A stretch of DNA of 57,901 nt, counting the filler, from Catajapyx aquilonaris (taxonomy: Eukaryota), in assembly GCA_000934665.2 (NCBI GenBank). It is 3 parts of 3 records of this genome, joined end to end, with 100 filler letters (N's around TTAATTAATTAA, not from the genome) between each part and the next. Parts side by side here need not be neighbours in the genome. Positions count along the whole stretch, not along the records: positions 1 to 19,232 come from JYFJ02006507.1; positions 19,333 to 38,558 come from JYFJ02006508.1; 1 more part is not named here. One strand, 5' to 3'. The position numbers and the translations under genes are program-made. Positions 13,801-26,833 of the stretch are shown here, piece by piece (the first letter of the stretch is position 1; each line of letters begins with the position of its first letter). The notes under the pieces are model-generated. The model saw only the letters and a list, made by a program, of their open reading frames with translations, was not told where the DNA came from and ran no database searches.

Positions 13801-16800
13801 TGCCACTTCTTTCCCTATTTCACTGCTGTTTATACATGAAAATACAACATGCCATCTGTGCCCTCACCAGGAGTCGAACCTGGGACCTCCAGCTTTCAGC
13901 TGTTGCTCTTCCACCTGAGCTATGAGGGCAATGTGTGGTGGCTTTTCCTACTCAGGTCAGTAACCTTCGTGTGTCACGAAAGTACATCCCTGCTTGCATT
14001 TGAGAAAACTGCCTATTGTGTACAGTTGAGGAATTACACATTCATATATGGCATTTTATGGCATTCTTTCATGATCTTATTGGTGGTAATCCCCGCTGAG
14101 TCACCTGTTCTTGTTGCACAAATATTTTTAAGCTTGAGATTTGGGTTCAATCAGCTGGTTCCCAAGTGCTTGCGTTCAACTTCCATACAGAACTACTACA
14201 GGCCTGATATTCCAAGTCCAAAAATTATCGGTAGAGACATTTCTTCAACACATCTCCTTCATATCCTCTCCCCAACGCCATCTCACTTACATGTCATGTA
14301 TTTTACACATTAAAGCAGTCTGAGTTAACCTTCTCTATATCCGTTTCAATATGCAATTTCACTTGGGAGGTTGAAAAGTGCCCTCCTCCAGACCCTCCCC
14401 TTTGTCAGTGACTTTACTAGCTCACTTAATTTCCATTTTAGATATGTCTTAAGCTTTGTTTTTTCCCCCCCATATGTGTCCATGGAGTAAAATTCTTTTG
14501 GTCCCAGAATTCTGCAGAATCTTTCCGAATATCACACCCATGAATATGTTTAACTTGGAACATTGTCACTCTCTTCATTAGTCTTTCAAGTCTTTGAATA
14601 TAGCAATGGCCTAGGAGGCCTAGGAGGACAGCTCAGAATATCAGGTCTGCTCTACCATGCAAACTGCTGCTGTTTCTGCTCCCACTGCAACATATAAAAG
14701 CTTTTTGTACTTTCTTCGGCAACCCAAGAATGAAGTAAGTTTTTGACGCGATTGTTGGCTATGCTTGAGACTTAGGTAACTATTCTAAGTGTTAGTACTT
14801 ACTGCTCAAAAACTCTGACAAGTGAATAAATATAAATACAAGTTATTTCCATCAAAACCCCTATAATGAATGTATATACTGACTAGTAAAAACACAAAAG
14901 TATTATTACTCGATTGCATAAAATGCAGAAAAAGAAAACGATCATTAACACTACGGTACTCATGTGGAAATGTATTATGAACTAATACTTTCATTATGAA
15001 ACCTTTAAATTACTGCTCAAGGTGTATTGCTCAAGGCAAGATGCCTGACAATCACAAGAAATTTAAAGAGATTCAAATGCAACTTTACGCAATGGCTTAT
15101 AACCGAAGTGCAGTTAACATCCTCTTGAACACATCATAAAAGTCCTGATATAATTATGTTGCACTCAAGGGTTTCAACATTCACTCAATTATAAAATATC
15201 AAACCCATGATCATACATTTCAGCCTGAACACTGTGTGAGTATTTTTCAAATACATGTGAGTCATTGTACCATATTTAGTGCCAGATTCAAATTTCAAGT
15301 TTGATGCCAGTTACCCTAAGTATAAATCCTATCAAGATGAAAATAATAGTTTTGCTATATTTTCACAGATGCACATGATAAGCTGAAGCATCAAGGTCTA
15401 TGGTATAACCCAATAAGCCAAAATAAATGCAGCGAAGTAATTGAGATGAAATATTTGTAGAACATGTATAAGGCATGCCGGAACAACGTACAGTGCATCA
15501 TCTTACCATACTTCACTGTCAGCAAATTTGCTACCCTAAGAATCATGGAGCACCCTCTTTCCCCCTCTCCCCCTTAAGAAGGCATATATGACAATGTGAC
15601 ACAGCAGAGATCCACCAATTAATTCTCCTGGCATAGTGCCCCCTCTGGGATTACAACCTGGGACCCTGGCAGTGAGAACACCTAGCACCACTGCACTTGT
15701 GCCACCTTATCTTGGGCCTTAGTCTGGCCACCCTGGGTAACTTACTGGATTTTGTTTTTGTTTTTTTATCAATTGGGTAATTACCATGGCAATATATATC
15801 AAATATTAGAAGTAAACAACAAGTTACCCAAGTGACTAACAAGCAACCAAGGGGCGCCAAACTAGTAGCCCTGGCCTCAAACTTTCCTGCTTTTTGACGT
15901 TTTTCTTTTGGAACATACTAGAAAGATGTCTGAAACTCAAGTAAGCTCCTGGCTCACCGATTCCCAGCCGTTGGCCTCACGAGATCGCTTATTCCGACGA
16001 CATGACTTGAGGTATGTACGGATCCGCTTACGAGCCCTCTCTGAGAACTCAGGGAATTGCCGAGTGCATGAGTCAATGATGGCCTGGATCTTCTCCTTGG
16101 GCTGCTTTGATATCGGCACCATGCGGTCCAAGTTCTCATCCACAAAGAGTCGCACAAACATCTGCAATTGTCAATTGCCATGTCAAGCCATGTTAGAAAA
16201 CAGACCTTTGCCCACCCTTACATTAAAGGCCTTCAAGCGCTCTGGATCATACTGTTGAGTATCAATTTTGTCTTCTGATTCATCATCGTCGTCGTCGTCA
16301 TCCTCCTTATTCCCATTGGAAGACGTCTCATCCTGCATGGAGCCTGCTTCCTGTCCAGTACGCTCATTCATAGGACTCTGTGAAGAAAGAAACCCCATCT
16401 GATAAAGGTGCATTCACATATCGGCGACTGCGACTCCGTGCCCGAGCGACGTCGCGGCCATGGTGTCGCCCAGCTGCTGGAGACCCGGTAGCAGAGCTCT
16501 TTGGGGGCACTACATTGTGACAGTATCCACTGGACGGGAACTCCGTTGCTGGTGGCATCGTGTCGTGACGGGGCACAGAATCGGTCGCTAGGCACGGAAT
16601 CGCGGATGTGTGTATGCACCTTAATGCTTACTACAGTCCCACAAAAGCAACATTCCTGGTTTTTCTCTACCAAATGAGAGAAGAGACATGAGGTATACAG
16701 CATAGACATAAAAAAATTGATGGCATTCCTGTGGAGCTGAAGTCATGGAATGGCAGTGCTAACATGACAGGATGCTCAAAACTGCAGCCATAGGGGGAAG

Positions 16801-18964
16801 GGTGAGGGGACATACTCCCAAAATAACTGTAGTACAGGAATACCAAGGGTGCCTTGAGATACAGTAATGCAAATAAGTTATTTTAAAATTTCAGAGTGAC
16901 AGACAAGTCACTCATTTTGTACTCCAGTTCATGCATATATCCATTTCATCCAGTTAACCAGGATAACGGCAAATTGTTAAGCATTAGTATATGTTGTGAG
17001 TGTTTCGGAGGAAGGTTATGAGGGTTGCAGTTGAGATGAAGGCATGGTTATGAAATAAAGGAGTAGGGTAAGCAACTGGAGCAAATGTTTAGCTTACTTA
17101 TGATGTAAAAACATGGATAAAGCACAGTCTCTCTCTCCTTGTATTTTTGATCAATGCTATAGAAAATTTTCCAATTTGTACTATATCGCTCAACAACATA
17201 GAGACGATTTTGCATTTGATTCAAGTGCAGCTTGCACTTGAGTCAAATGCGAAATCGTCTCTATGTTTTTGAGCGATATAGTACATGTGAGATGGGAAGT
17301 AGAGCCACAAGCTATATACAGTACTTTAAAATTTTCACAATGGCCTAATTAATTGCTGTTAAGTGAAGACCTCGGGGGAAGAATGATCATGGTACACCTC
17401 AGGAGAAACTGGGATATTCAAATTTCTAAGGCCCATAAGGTTCTATTGTAAATCCCACTTTCGGGGCCTTCCATAGTGACCTATGATCATTACTCTACAA
17501 CCCCAGCCAAACCATCATATTCTATGCTAATGAAACTATCTTCTGAGGTAACTCATTTTTGACAAAAAGTGAAGCTTGATCGTTCTTCCCTCGAGGTCTT
17601 CAAGTCTAAGCTACCCATCAATGGCCACTGAATTTATGGGCTGGCATATGTACTGTATATGTATGTACTGTGAAGTTACAGATTCCAGGTACCACTCACC
17701 GATTGCTCTCGGAACTGTTCCTTCCCCAAAAGGCCAATTCCATTGGGGTTAGGCAAGAGACTGCTACCATTGCCAGTGGCTGGACCGTCACTATTCCCAT
17801 TCCCAGCAGCCATACCAGGCATCTTCTTCAGACCCAGGGCCTGGTAGCCTGTCCAATCACCGTTTTTCTCCTGGGTGCTCTTCTCCCGACTTCCTTTCTC
17901 CTCACATTTCACTGCAAAAAAACCAAAATAACTTAATGGACCCAAATCAGAAATGCATACTTGGTGACATAAACCAGAACCATGAAATTGAAAGGATAGT
18001 CACGACATTCACGACTGCTTGGCTGACCCAGAAATCTACTGCCAATATTGTTTCAGCTAATGCAGGGCCATGGTCTTGTGCCCTGTACTGGAATACAGTC
18101 CATCCTGCACAAAGTGATTCTATTGGTTTGGCTTTCCACAATACCCCGTCTCCACTGACAAATCGGAAATTCAATCACACTGCTGCTTCAACTCCATATC
18201 CGCAATATTAAGACTACCTTTCCAGTACAGCACACAATATTAGAAAGTACTCCATCAAATATGGCAACAACACCTTACAAGTTAATTGACAGTAAAATAT
18301 GCTTGCTTTTGTTAGCATATAGCTGAACGCTATAGTTGAGGACGAAAACGCTGCCTTACAAAGGGGAATCATTTGACAGGTGTATACCACAGCAGGGAAA
18401 AGGTTACGAAAGGAAATCCACACTTGAGTAATTCCATTTGAAACGAGTGCTTTCAGGATGGCATAGGTGCCTAGCAACCGATTTTTATCCTGCCTGAATG
18501 GAAATTGGCGGAAATCTGTCATGAAAATGCTCAAAGGCGGATGGTAGCTTATGGATGAGAATATTTGATCAAGCACAGGACTCGTGATTCCATAAATAGA
18601 GTTATCACCTAATGGTATTAATCATTCGAAAGAAATTAAGATATTAAACTTCTATCCAAAACGGGCGGAAATGGGTCCAGGAGTGTCGAAGGTCGTCATG
18701 GTGCAGCCAATGAGAGCGATGGCAATTATAAGTGATAAGCGCCATGGGTTCGCCATAAGCTAAGTTTAATTCACATCTCAGGAAGCATGTAATCATAATG
18801 AGTGATTAATTTATAATAATTGGAAATGGTAGTGTGTCTTAGAATCAGGTAAAAGCGTCGGAAATATTTGAGAACTTCTATGGAATAGTTTTACTGCTCA
18901 TTCTCTCACCTGAGGTATTATCGTCTTCGGTGGTGGTTTCCACGTCTACTGTAGATGTGTTGTC
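10816..18964 (-). CDS. NOL4: Nucleolar protein 4 (NOL4/NOL4L) homologue, 5'-truncated by the contig end
   Basis: Phase-consistent GT-AG exons 18964-18910, 17911-17700, 16377-16222, 16161-15958, 13262-12654, 12358-12046, 10979-10816. Motifs [84 protein letters not shown] and C-terminal [20 protein letters not shown]. Confidence 0.92.
13860..13929 (-). pseudogene. tRNA-like sequence (SINE head or tRNA pseudogene) in a NOL4 intron
   Basis: Reverse strand GCCCTCATAGCTCAGGTGGAAGAGC...GGTTCGACTCCTGGTGAGGGC has a paired acceptor stem and A/B boxes, but an aberrant anticodon arm. Confidence 0.6.
17177..17285. mobile_element. Fully palindromic MITE (about 109 bp)
   Basis: tgtactatatcgctcaacaacatagagacgattt...aaatcgtctctatgtttttgagcgatatagtaca. 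Confidence 0.75.
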
Positions 18965-19232
18965 CTGCAAAGACAGAATAAATACGTTAAAACTAGATGT
19001 CCCGTGCAAACATTCAATGACTGCCAAATTTGATAAACTTTTGAGTCCAATGGACAATTCCCCATATAAAGTGCGACCCTCCCCCGACTTCGACCTCCAT
19101 ACCACGGTCCGTAATCCACTTCTGTTAAGCCAGGGATTACGGGTTCGGATGTACACGTAAGCAAAACGATTTCCTTCTGGTTTAAAACCATTTGTATGTC
19201 ACATTCAGTGACGTAGCCAGGGGGGGGGGGGG

Positions 19233-19332
19233 NNNNNNNNNNNNNNNNNNNNNNNNNNNNNNNNNNNNNNNNNNNNTTAATTAATTAANNNNNNNNNNNN
19301 NNNNNNNNNNNNNNNNNNNNNNNNNNNNNNNN
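19233..19332. other. Artificial contig spacer
   Basis: 44 N + TTAATTAATTAA (stops in all six frames) + 44 N. Confidence 0.97.
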
Positions 19333-19779
19333 GGCTTCGGCTCCGGTTCTTCCTTGGGACAATATTGACTGTTCCAAGTCAATATGCCCCGGCCCCAGAC
19401 TGTATGGATCTGGGAGCCGGACATTGTTGTATTGTTGCCCACAGGTGGTAAGGCCTCTTTGGCTAATTACACCTGCAATTCTTTTATCTAGAGTTCAGGT
19501 TGCGATTGCTTATATATAGGGTAAGGGACACAAATTTTGACACGCTTATTTTTGTTTCTCTTCTTAGAAAATGACTGAATACAGCAATGTAGGAAAAATG
19601 GATTTTAATAATGTGCATTGAACAACATTTACCTACTAGGCCTAGCGTGACTTTAAAACATGCAAATAAACAAATAAATTATCACATTCCATATCTGGTA
19701 AATGATCATCAATACTAGCATGCGCTGCAGTCCACCTTGTGTGCACTTTACACTACGTGATTTTATGTTCATGCAGCTA

Positions 19780-20030
19780 CAGGGTGGTCGGAAAGTTTCT
19801 GACATAGCCTTTATTTCTGTGCTGTTATTTCTGTATTTAACTTCAGATATGAATATAATTAAGTAGAGATGTTCCCAATAGTCTAGTAATGAGTATGGCC
19901 GCCATCATTTTTTAAAGCACGCCCTTAATACGCTGGGAGAAACTCTCGGTCAATTTTGTTGTGTACTCCTGGTCCAGCCGGTTGTAGCCTACTATTCACT
20001 GGAATCTAGGTCATGGTTGTTGGTATACGG
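19780..20030 (-). mobile_element. Tc1-type transposon 3' end (TIR plus transposase C-terminus)
   Basis: TA|CAGGGTG TIR at 19780; frameshifted RLDQEYTTKLTESFSQRIK/..NDGGHTHY*. Confidence 0.6.
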
Positions 20031-20169
20031 ACGGGATAAGTTGTGTACTCACATTGATCCACACTGTTACTAGACAATATCAGCAAATTGAAGCAGGTGC
20101 GTGATTTTCAAAAATAAATAGTACGATTTGTGTATTTGGAGGGTCGGGATGTCTACAAATAGAAAGAAT

Positions 20170-20530
20170 AATTATTTGTCTGGGAGGAGGGAGGGCCATG
20201 TCGACATGTGGTTTTTTCTCAGTGTATCAAAAAATGGGCAAATGTATAACAAATGATGAAGGATAAATGGTTCTTTTAAATTTCATAACGTGCAATCTAC
20301 CTCTTCGTTAAATTGAATTTTGTAGGAGTTTATAAAAAACCAAGATGAATTATTTCGAAGGTTAGCCATAAGTCTGAGTGAATGTATTGGGAGTATCGTG
20401 GCATCAGCGGAATTAAGAGCTTAATCCCAATTATTCCCTGAAAACCTCGAAGTTGCGGTGAGCGCAGGAAAATGTCGGAAAAATATTCGGTCAAGTTTGG
20501 TTTAAATAGCAAATGCAAGTTATTATTCAC
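20170..20530 (-). mobile_element. Non-LTR retrotransposon ORF2 C-terminal CCHC fragment
   Basis: YKIQFNEEVDCTL*NLKEPFILHHLLYICPFFDTLR; similar to the fragment at 27280. Confidence 0.6.
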
Positions 20531-21699
20531 AAATTAATACATTACAATAGTTACTGAATTTACGCTTTACAAAATGTGTGGTTGTTCCTGGTCCTTCCTT
20601 ACTCTGCGCTGTTTTTAATGATGGTTGGCCTCCATCAGAGTAAGGTCCGGTCTGCTCGGATGGTTCATCCTGGTGGTGGCTGACGGTTGGATTAGCCCGG
20701 GTTGACTGTTTTCTCCTGGGCCGCTTCTCTCCTCTCCCCCTCCGGAGTACTTCAGGGCGTCCTTCTGGGCCATCATCTTCTGGTTGCCGGCCCTCTTGTC
20801 ACCGTCCGCACCACTTGGATGGTTCACTTCACGTCACATAACTCACACATGGTCGTCACTAATACAAGCCGGTTGCTCCACATTATCGTACAAATAAAGA
20901 AACTCAGACACCCAAAAGTTTAAGTCCGAAAATCCTAACGCGTCAACATGACGCCAACTCGAGCCAAAGCTCCAAATTCGACTGCCTCTTCCACTCTCTT
21001 CATTGTCCCCATCTGCCCCAAAAGTCTCCAAAAAGGAAATGCCCCTATTGGCTAATTACAAAATCTTACACCCCACCTCAGTGGTCAAGTCCAAGACAAA
21101 ATGTCACATACTTCCTGATTGGCAGCTGGAGACAGTGACGTCTTAGTTTCAAACTTGCAAACAACGGCAAAACCCGTTTTCCCAAGCCCCCGTCCACCGC
21201 CTGACTCTCTTCTCCTTTCCCCTCCCTCTCACTCCACTCAGGAATGCCTGAGGGGGACAAAAGGAGACGGATTTGAAATATGAAGCGTGACAAATTGCAA
21301 CCGTTGGAAAAGCAAAGTCGTCGTCTCTAGCAAGAGGCAACCAGGCCTCAAGGTTAAAACTCATCATGTAAAATATACAACAATGAAACACACTCATATA
21401 CGTAGTCGGCACATGTACAAAATGACTACTTTTCCCGTAATTCTCAAATTCCCAAAATATAGCTGACACTACAGTGTGTCGCAATGCCATTCAACAATGC
21501 ACCAGCTCTCGGTATGCACAAAACTGCAGCACAAAGAAAAGCAAAGTCTCCTGCTTCCTTTTACTGAATCAGTGCTGACTGCCTACTGTACCAAAAGAAA
21601 CTCCACGTGAGCCTAATGTTGCAAGCTCAGAGAAAAAAAAATGTTTCCGCTATTTACAGGTTCTGGCCCAAATGTCAGACCATGACAGGAGATTGGAGT

Positions 21700-22130
21700 T
21701 GAGGTATGTTTCAGATATGGGGACTCTTTGATTAAAAAATAATGTGCATATCTCTTGGACTTCTTGAGGCAGTCCTTCTGAAACTCTCAATTGTTTCGGC
21801 CTATCCTACAGTATGTCACACTTGCATTTCATGAAGATATTAGAGCATAATTCCTTTGTTCTTCCTGCAAATCTTCCAGTGAGATTTCAGGCGTAAAAAC
21901 CTGCCATGCCAGTATTGCCACAGTTCGCTTCTCCCCAGTGTTTCAAAAACGAGACTGATCTTGATTCTTATATCCTTGCCTCTTCCTGTCAGAAAATATG
22001 TTTGATGGCAAAGAGCTATGTAACTGTATCAGGAGAATCAGTACATGGGTGTCAGGGGAGCACACTAGAATCTCAGCATCTCATGAAGTAGCATGAGAGT
22101 GTCTGCTTCCTGTGTTCTGAGACACAATCG
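21700..22130 (-). mobile_element. XPG/PIN-like nuclease fragment of an Academ-type (AcademX) transposon
   Basis: Frameshifted motifs QEADTLMLLH, VCSPDTHVLILL, YFLTGRGK, TGRFAGRTK. Confidence 0.55.
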
Positions 22131-22646
22131 GGTATGATGGCGTTCCCTTTTGTAACCGTATCAAACGTGTGACGTGATTGTACGCACATATATAAAACTG
22201 TGGGTCTCTTATCTTTCCTCTTTTATTTAGTTGCCATAAGTAAAGGTAACATGGGATAATATGTGGGAACAGGATAAGGAGTGACGGCCAGTGACCTCCC
22301 AGTGGGAGAAGATCGAAAGGCCTCGAATGACCAGGTGGTGCGGTTTAAATAACTAACGATCTCCAACTGCATGATGGGAGTGGAGAGTGGGACTATAAGG
22401 CGGAGTAATACATAGAAGCAAGTAGAAAACAGGGATGAAACAATCAATGCATGAAATAGGAATGCGTATAGTCAAAAAGTAAACCTCTCACGAACGTAAC
22501 GATGACCTTCTTTGATCTAAATCTTCCTTCTGCTTCTCGCAACATTCAATTTATGGCTGATGAATTATCATGATAAATGACCACAATAAAATGGTTTCAT
22601 TCATTCTGCAAAAGTCACGTAAATAATAATGCTCAGTCCGCACTTT

Positions 22647-23455
22647 ACTCATTCTTCCTCAACTGGCAGGGTCTCATAGTATTCGTGATACACAGGTGGG
22701 ATTGAGCACAGAGGAGGGTCAACGCGGCTCTTGCAGAGTGACATGAGATCCTTGAGTTTCAGTTGCGAGACGGGCAGTCGCAGTCGGGACTTGTACGTAG
22801 TACGGTTGCAGCTGAAAGCTTTCAATGGGAGTGATGTTCCTGGTGGCACGGCCAGATACTGTCAGTGATCTGAAATGCTCAGCGTTCAATTCTTCCTTAA
22901 ATTTTTGGTTTGTCTGTACTGAAACCATTTAACTTTCAGCCAATTGAGGGTCCCACCATCATCACATCTGTTCTTGTTCTTCAGTATGCAATCTCGTAAC
23001 TCTTCGAAATCCAAAAACTCTGAATATGACAACTCCCGCACGTTGTAGGGATTCTTCCTTCATGCTGCTCGAGCTATTGTGCACCAATCACTTGGGACGT
23101 GGATTGATACCTTTTTTGAGGCACCCCCTATAGCCGAGTGGACAGAATCGACTTCCATTTCTGGATGGCCACTCTCCATAGCCTTTGGTTCACAATCATC
23201 AGGTTTGGAATCGTGGACATTGCAAATAGGATCGTCGCCGCCAATGCAGAGTTCCTGTTCTGTCCGGCCGCTGTGTCCGAGTGAAATGTCACCTCTCTGA
23301 TGTGGGTGTTACTAAGCTGGAGTACGTGTAGATATAAGCAGGTCGCAGCTTCACATGATCCCTTGGTCCCCACGGTCTCATCCCACATATAACACTGTAG
23401 ATCCTGTTGCCAAGTCGTAAAACATGAAGTTATATGTCACAAGTTTCCGCTTTCC
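22647..23455 (-). mobile_element. Sola1-like (DUF7869-type) transposase catalytic and C-terminal fragment
   Basis: KRKLVTYN...YMWDETVGTKGSCEAATCL...SDTAAGQNRN...ESGHPEMEVDSVHSAI...KLKDLMSLC...IPPVYHEYYETL, with stops and frameshifts. Confidence 0.65.
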
Positions 23456-23816
23456 TCCTTAGACCTGGCGGCTTTGTAGCCAATAACAATTTTTATTGGC
23501 TCCTGGATTTCCTTACTATTTCATGCATGAAGAAAGAAGAAAAAAATTTGCACAATCTTCACAGGTCTATTACATGCAGGTTGTGGTGTATCCTGTAAGG
23601 TAGATTTTTTAATTTCGACTTAATGGAAATAAAGTGATAAAGTGAAATTAATTACAAGTCACATTTTGAAACCCGCTTTATTTCTTTCACATTATCATGT
23701 AGGGAACTCAAGAAGAGAGTTTCTTTTAGTTTCACCAAGGGGGTAATAGCATCCCAAATACAATACACACTTAGTCCTACGAAGGTGCTTCTCGACACCC
23801 ATTTAAAAAAATCACA

Positions 23817-24010
23817 TTACTTGCTATGAAATTCCCGGAAGCAGTTCCTTTCAGCCGTCATGCATAAAAGCAATTTACATTTTATGCGCCTCGCCCTACT
23901 CCGCTGCTTGCAGCCTGGTTTCCTGCACTTCGCATAGGTAGCCATTTTCATAACTTCAGGCAAATGCCAAGCTTGCCTCTTGCTCTCAGCTGAAGAAGGC
24001 AAAGGGCACA
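23817..24010 (-). mobile_element. piggyBac transposase C-terminal Cys-rich domain; upstream piece at about 24530-24660
   Basis: PLPSS...WHLPEV...KCRKPGCKQRS...KCKLLLCMTAERNCFREFH*; upstream piece YDFKFRVAEKLI...SKKHKVV. Confidence 0.7.
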
Positions 24011-24039
24011 TCTGATGCCTCATTATGCGAAGTATGTAC

Positions 24040-24520
24040 TGTGAAGACACTCTGCCCTATTGAGGATTGGATTCAACCTGATGTTGGCAAATTACTCCTT
24101 CATGTGCCTCAGGTGAACTGGGTGACCTGCCCAGCATCAAGTTGCTCTTCTGTCAGTAAATTTTCACTGTTTCCTTCATCTAATGACTTTGGTTGCTCTC
24201 TGAGTTTCTCCATTTTCGATTTCTTGCTTGGTGGTGGTCGAAGTTGAGGTGGTGCTCTTTTTGGGCGTGGACTTGCTCAGATATTTCGGGAGATTTGGGA
24301 AAATGGTTGGCACAGCCGTAGAGGAGAGTCCAGGTCTCCCGAGTTCATGCATGTGCACCTGACCATTTTTCAGTATTATTTTCTGATGAGAGATTACATC
24401 CTCCTTCAGAAAGTGCAGAGCACAAACTGGGCTCTTCATTGTCAATGTGTAATAGCTCCTTGGGGTTTTCTGGTGCCGTGCTTCCAAAAGAGCCTGCAAA
24501 TTGAAAGTTGTAGCCCATGT
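24040..24520 (-). mobile_element. THAP-domain fragment (P-element or other THAP-type transposon)
   Basis: VCALHF...AVPTIFPNLPKYLS in ORF 24176-24499. Confidence 0.75.
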
Positions 24521-24879
24521 AATTTTTATGTCACAACCTTATGCTTCTTGCTTGTGCTGGGTTGAGGACCACCCTCAATGCCACCCTCATCCTCACTGTC
24601 ATTTCCCACAGCCCCAATAAGTTTCTCAGCTACCCTGAACTTAAAATCATATGCCTTCACCTGCTACACCTAAAAATTTAAATTAAATTACATGCTGGTA
24701 ACACCTAAAATTTAAATGATAAATGGCAAGGTCCCATTGAAGGGACCATTAGCTCTTGGAGGGACACATTTAACCAAGGTATTTGTACTATGTGATTGAA
24801 GCACATTATCTCGGTAATATTTAGGTCGGGATGAGAGACATTTTAAAAATCAGAAAAAATCCTGCGTCAAATCTGGGGG

Positions 24880-26693
24880 TTAACATTCAATTACTAGCGC
24901 ACGTGAGTCACAGTCCTTTCTACGCGGGAACTTAAACTGTGTGGCCTCGCATGTGCCTGTTTCCTCAAGGGCTCCAAAACTCGTGGCCGGCCAGCAGGAA
25001 TGCGTTTGCTGCCTTTAGCAGTGCCTTCTCTTCGGCGCTTCAGGGCTTCCGGCTGTACGTGTATCATTCCTGATCGTTGTTACTCCTGTCGCGGCAGCTT
25101 TCATCCGTACAAAAGCTGCGTCAGCAAGCTTAGTAGACATGATGGATGTCAGTTTCTTCTACAGCACAGGACCAGCCTTATTGAAAACGTCATCTCCTAC
25201 AGGTCAACAATCCTGCAGAGTTCATTTTTAACGTTTTGACGCTTCTCGTTGTTGTCCGCTGCAACATCAGCAGAAGGCTTTTGTGCAGAATTAACCTATA
25301 GAAAATAAATTACCTCGGGTGACTTCTCTAACTGCCATTGGTTTCCACACTCCAGCATCTCCTGTGATGTGCCATAGGTCTGTGGAGTCTGGTCATTACG
25401 ATTCTGATCATCAAGTAAGCTTTGGAAAAATTAGGGAGCAGGACATTTTGATCCCAAAGAATTTCTCTCCTGCCATGTTGCTGCAGGGGCATTTGGGAAT
25501 AATCTACCATACTAAGTATGGTCCAGGTGGAGTACAAGGAGCATTTTGCAAACACCACGCAATAGTACTCGACAAGTGGGACAAGTGCAGAAGCCAATAT
25601 CTGCCCTCACCTCATAGTGTACCTCGCTATTTAGAGCACTAGGAACATAATATGTGTCACTATTACTATTATCTTTTCTGCGATCGCACTGGGCATAAGG
25701 TTAAGAAGTTTGTAGGCCTATACGTAGTCGTGGAGCTGCCCGGCGGTTGTGGGCAAAGTCCAGTAAACGTCTCTCATGGTATGGCTCCCAAACACTGATC
25801 ACGTAATCCACTATGGCAGCCGGATTCAAGGCTTTCATGCGACAGCATACTACATCCTTGAACACACTGATGCTAGCCTCTGCATAATTGTTGGTGTTGT
25901 CTCCTCGGGAGAACTACTCAAGACGAAACAAGCACACCCATTCTGTGATCTTGGACCCTTCTAGCATTTTCCTCACCCTGTGTGCATAAGCTTCGTGCTT
26001 CACCGTGGTGAAGAATTCGTCAATGCCTGCTTGAAGTTCATCTTGTGAAGTGGAGTACATGATCTGAGGGAGCGACAAAAATATATGTGTAATGAATTGA
26101 ACATACTACGTTATTAGAACACCTAGCCCACTAGTGATGAACAGCAATAGGAGATGTAATGCAACTATCTGCTGCTTTGTGCTACATTCATAATTTATTC
26201 AATAGCCAGAGCCATCAGATTTGGAAATATAAATACCTTCTTAAATCTTTCATAGTACATTGGTCGATCACCCTGTGGAACCTTGTTCTTGACACTTGTT
26301 AGCCATCGCCACTCTGCTTGTCCAACGTGGAAATGACATAGCAAATGGCGTGCTCCCGGGAATATGGCATGAAGGGCGCCTTTCTCTGCATCTGAATTAT
26401 CAGTCATGAAGATTCCAGGAGCCTTTGAAGCCAATGAAATTAATGAGTGATCCTGATCTCGTGTGAAAGATATTAAGGAATCCAAATCTTACATACATAA
26501 GAAGCCTTCATTGGTAGGCTTACCATTTATGTCCCTCATTTTTTATATCACGTACCAATTTTCCTCCAAAGGCGTCTGGCAATTTGTCCTCCCAATAGCT
26601 TGAAGCCTCCCATGCTCTGGCTTCCATGGATGATGGCACAGATTGGTACTGCTCCCTTTGGTGTCAGTCAGGATAAGAATAGAACAGAACAAG
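24880..26693 (-). mobile_element. Decayed MULE/SWIM transposase gene with retained introns
   Basis: GAVPICAIIH; FGGKL|APGIFMTDNSDAEKGAL...LLCHFHVGQAEWRWL; RGDNTNNYAEASI; IGFCTC; IHVQPEALKRRR. GT-AG introns at 26555-26423 and 26236-26064. Confidence 0.75.
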
Positions 26694-26833
26694 GCACTCG
26701 TTCCCTGTCTTGAGCCATTGTAGCAGAACTGCTACAATGGCTCAAGACAGGGAACGGGTGCAAAGTTCGAACAAGAATGTTTTGGTTATGAACTTAATAA
26801 CTTTATTAAGTTCATAACCAAAACATTCTTGTT
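26694..26833. repeat. Two adjacent tight hairpins
   Basis: 26694-26726/26729-26761 (33-bp arms, one G-T pair, 2-nt loop) and 26770-26800/26803-26833 (31-bp perfect arms, 2-nt loop). Confidence 0.92.

Noticed and set aside
19020..19190. Further upstream NOL4 exon (..YMGNCPLDSK)
   Set aside because: Phase would fit, but the donor (GTTTAT) is weak and I recognise no NOL4 motif
19277..19288. TTAATTAATTAA as a biological motif (also at 38603-38614)
   Set aside because: Centred in exact 100-nt N spacers; an artificial linker
20560..21640. Unassigned coding-like fragments in the mosaic
   Set aside because: Probably further TE pieces, but no motif is strong enough to name a family or strand; excluded from the orientation count
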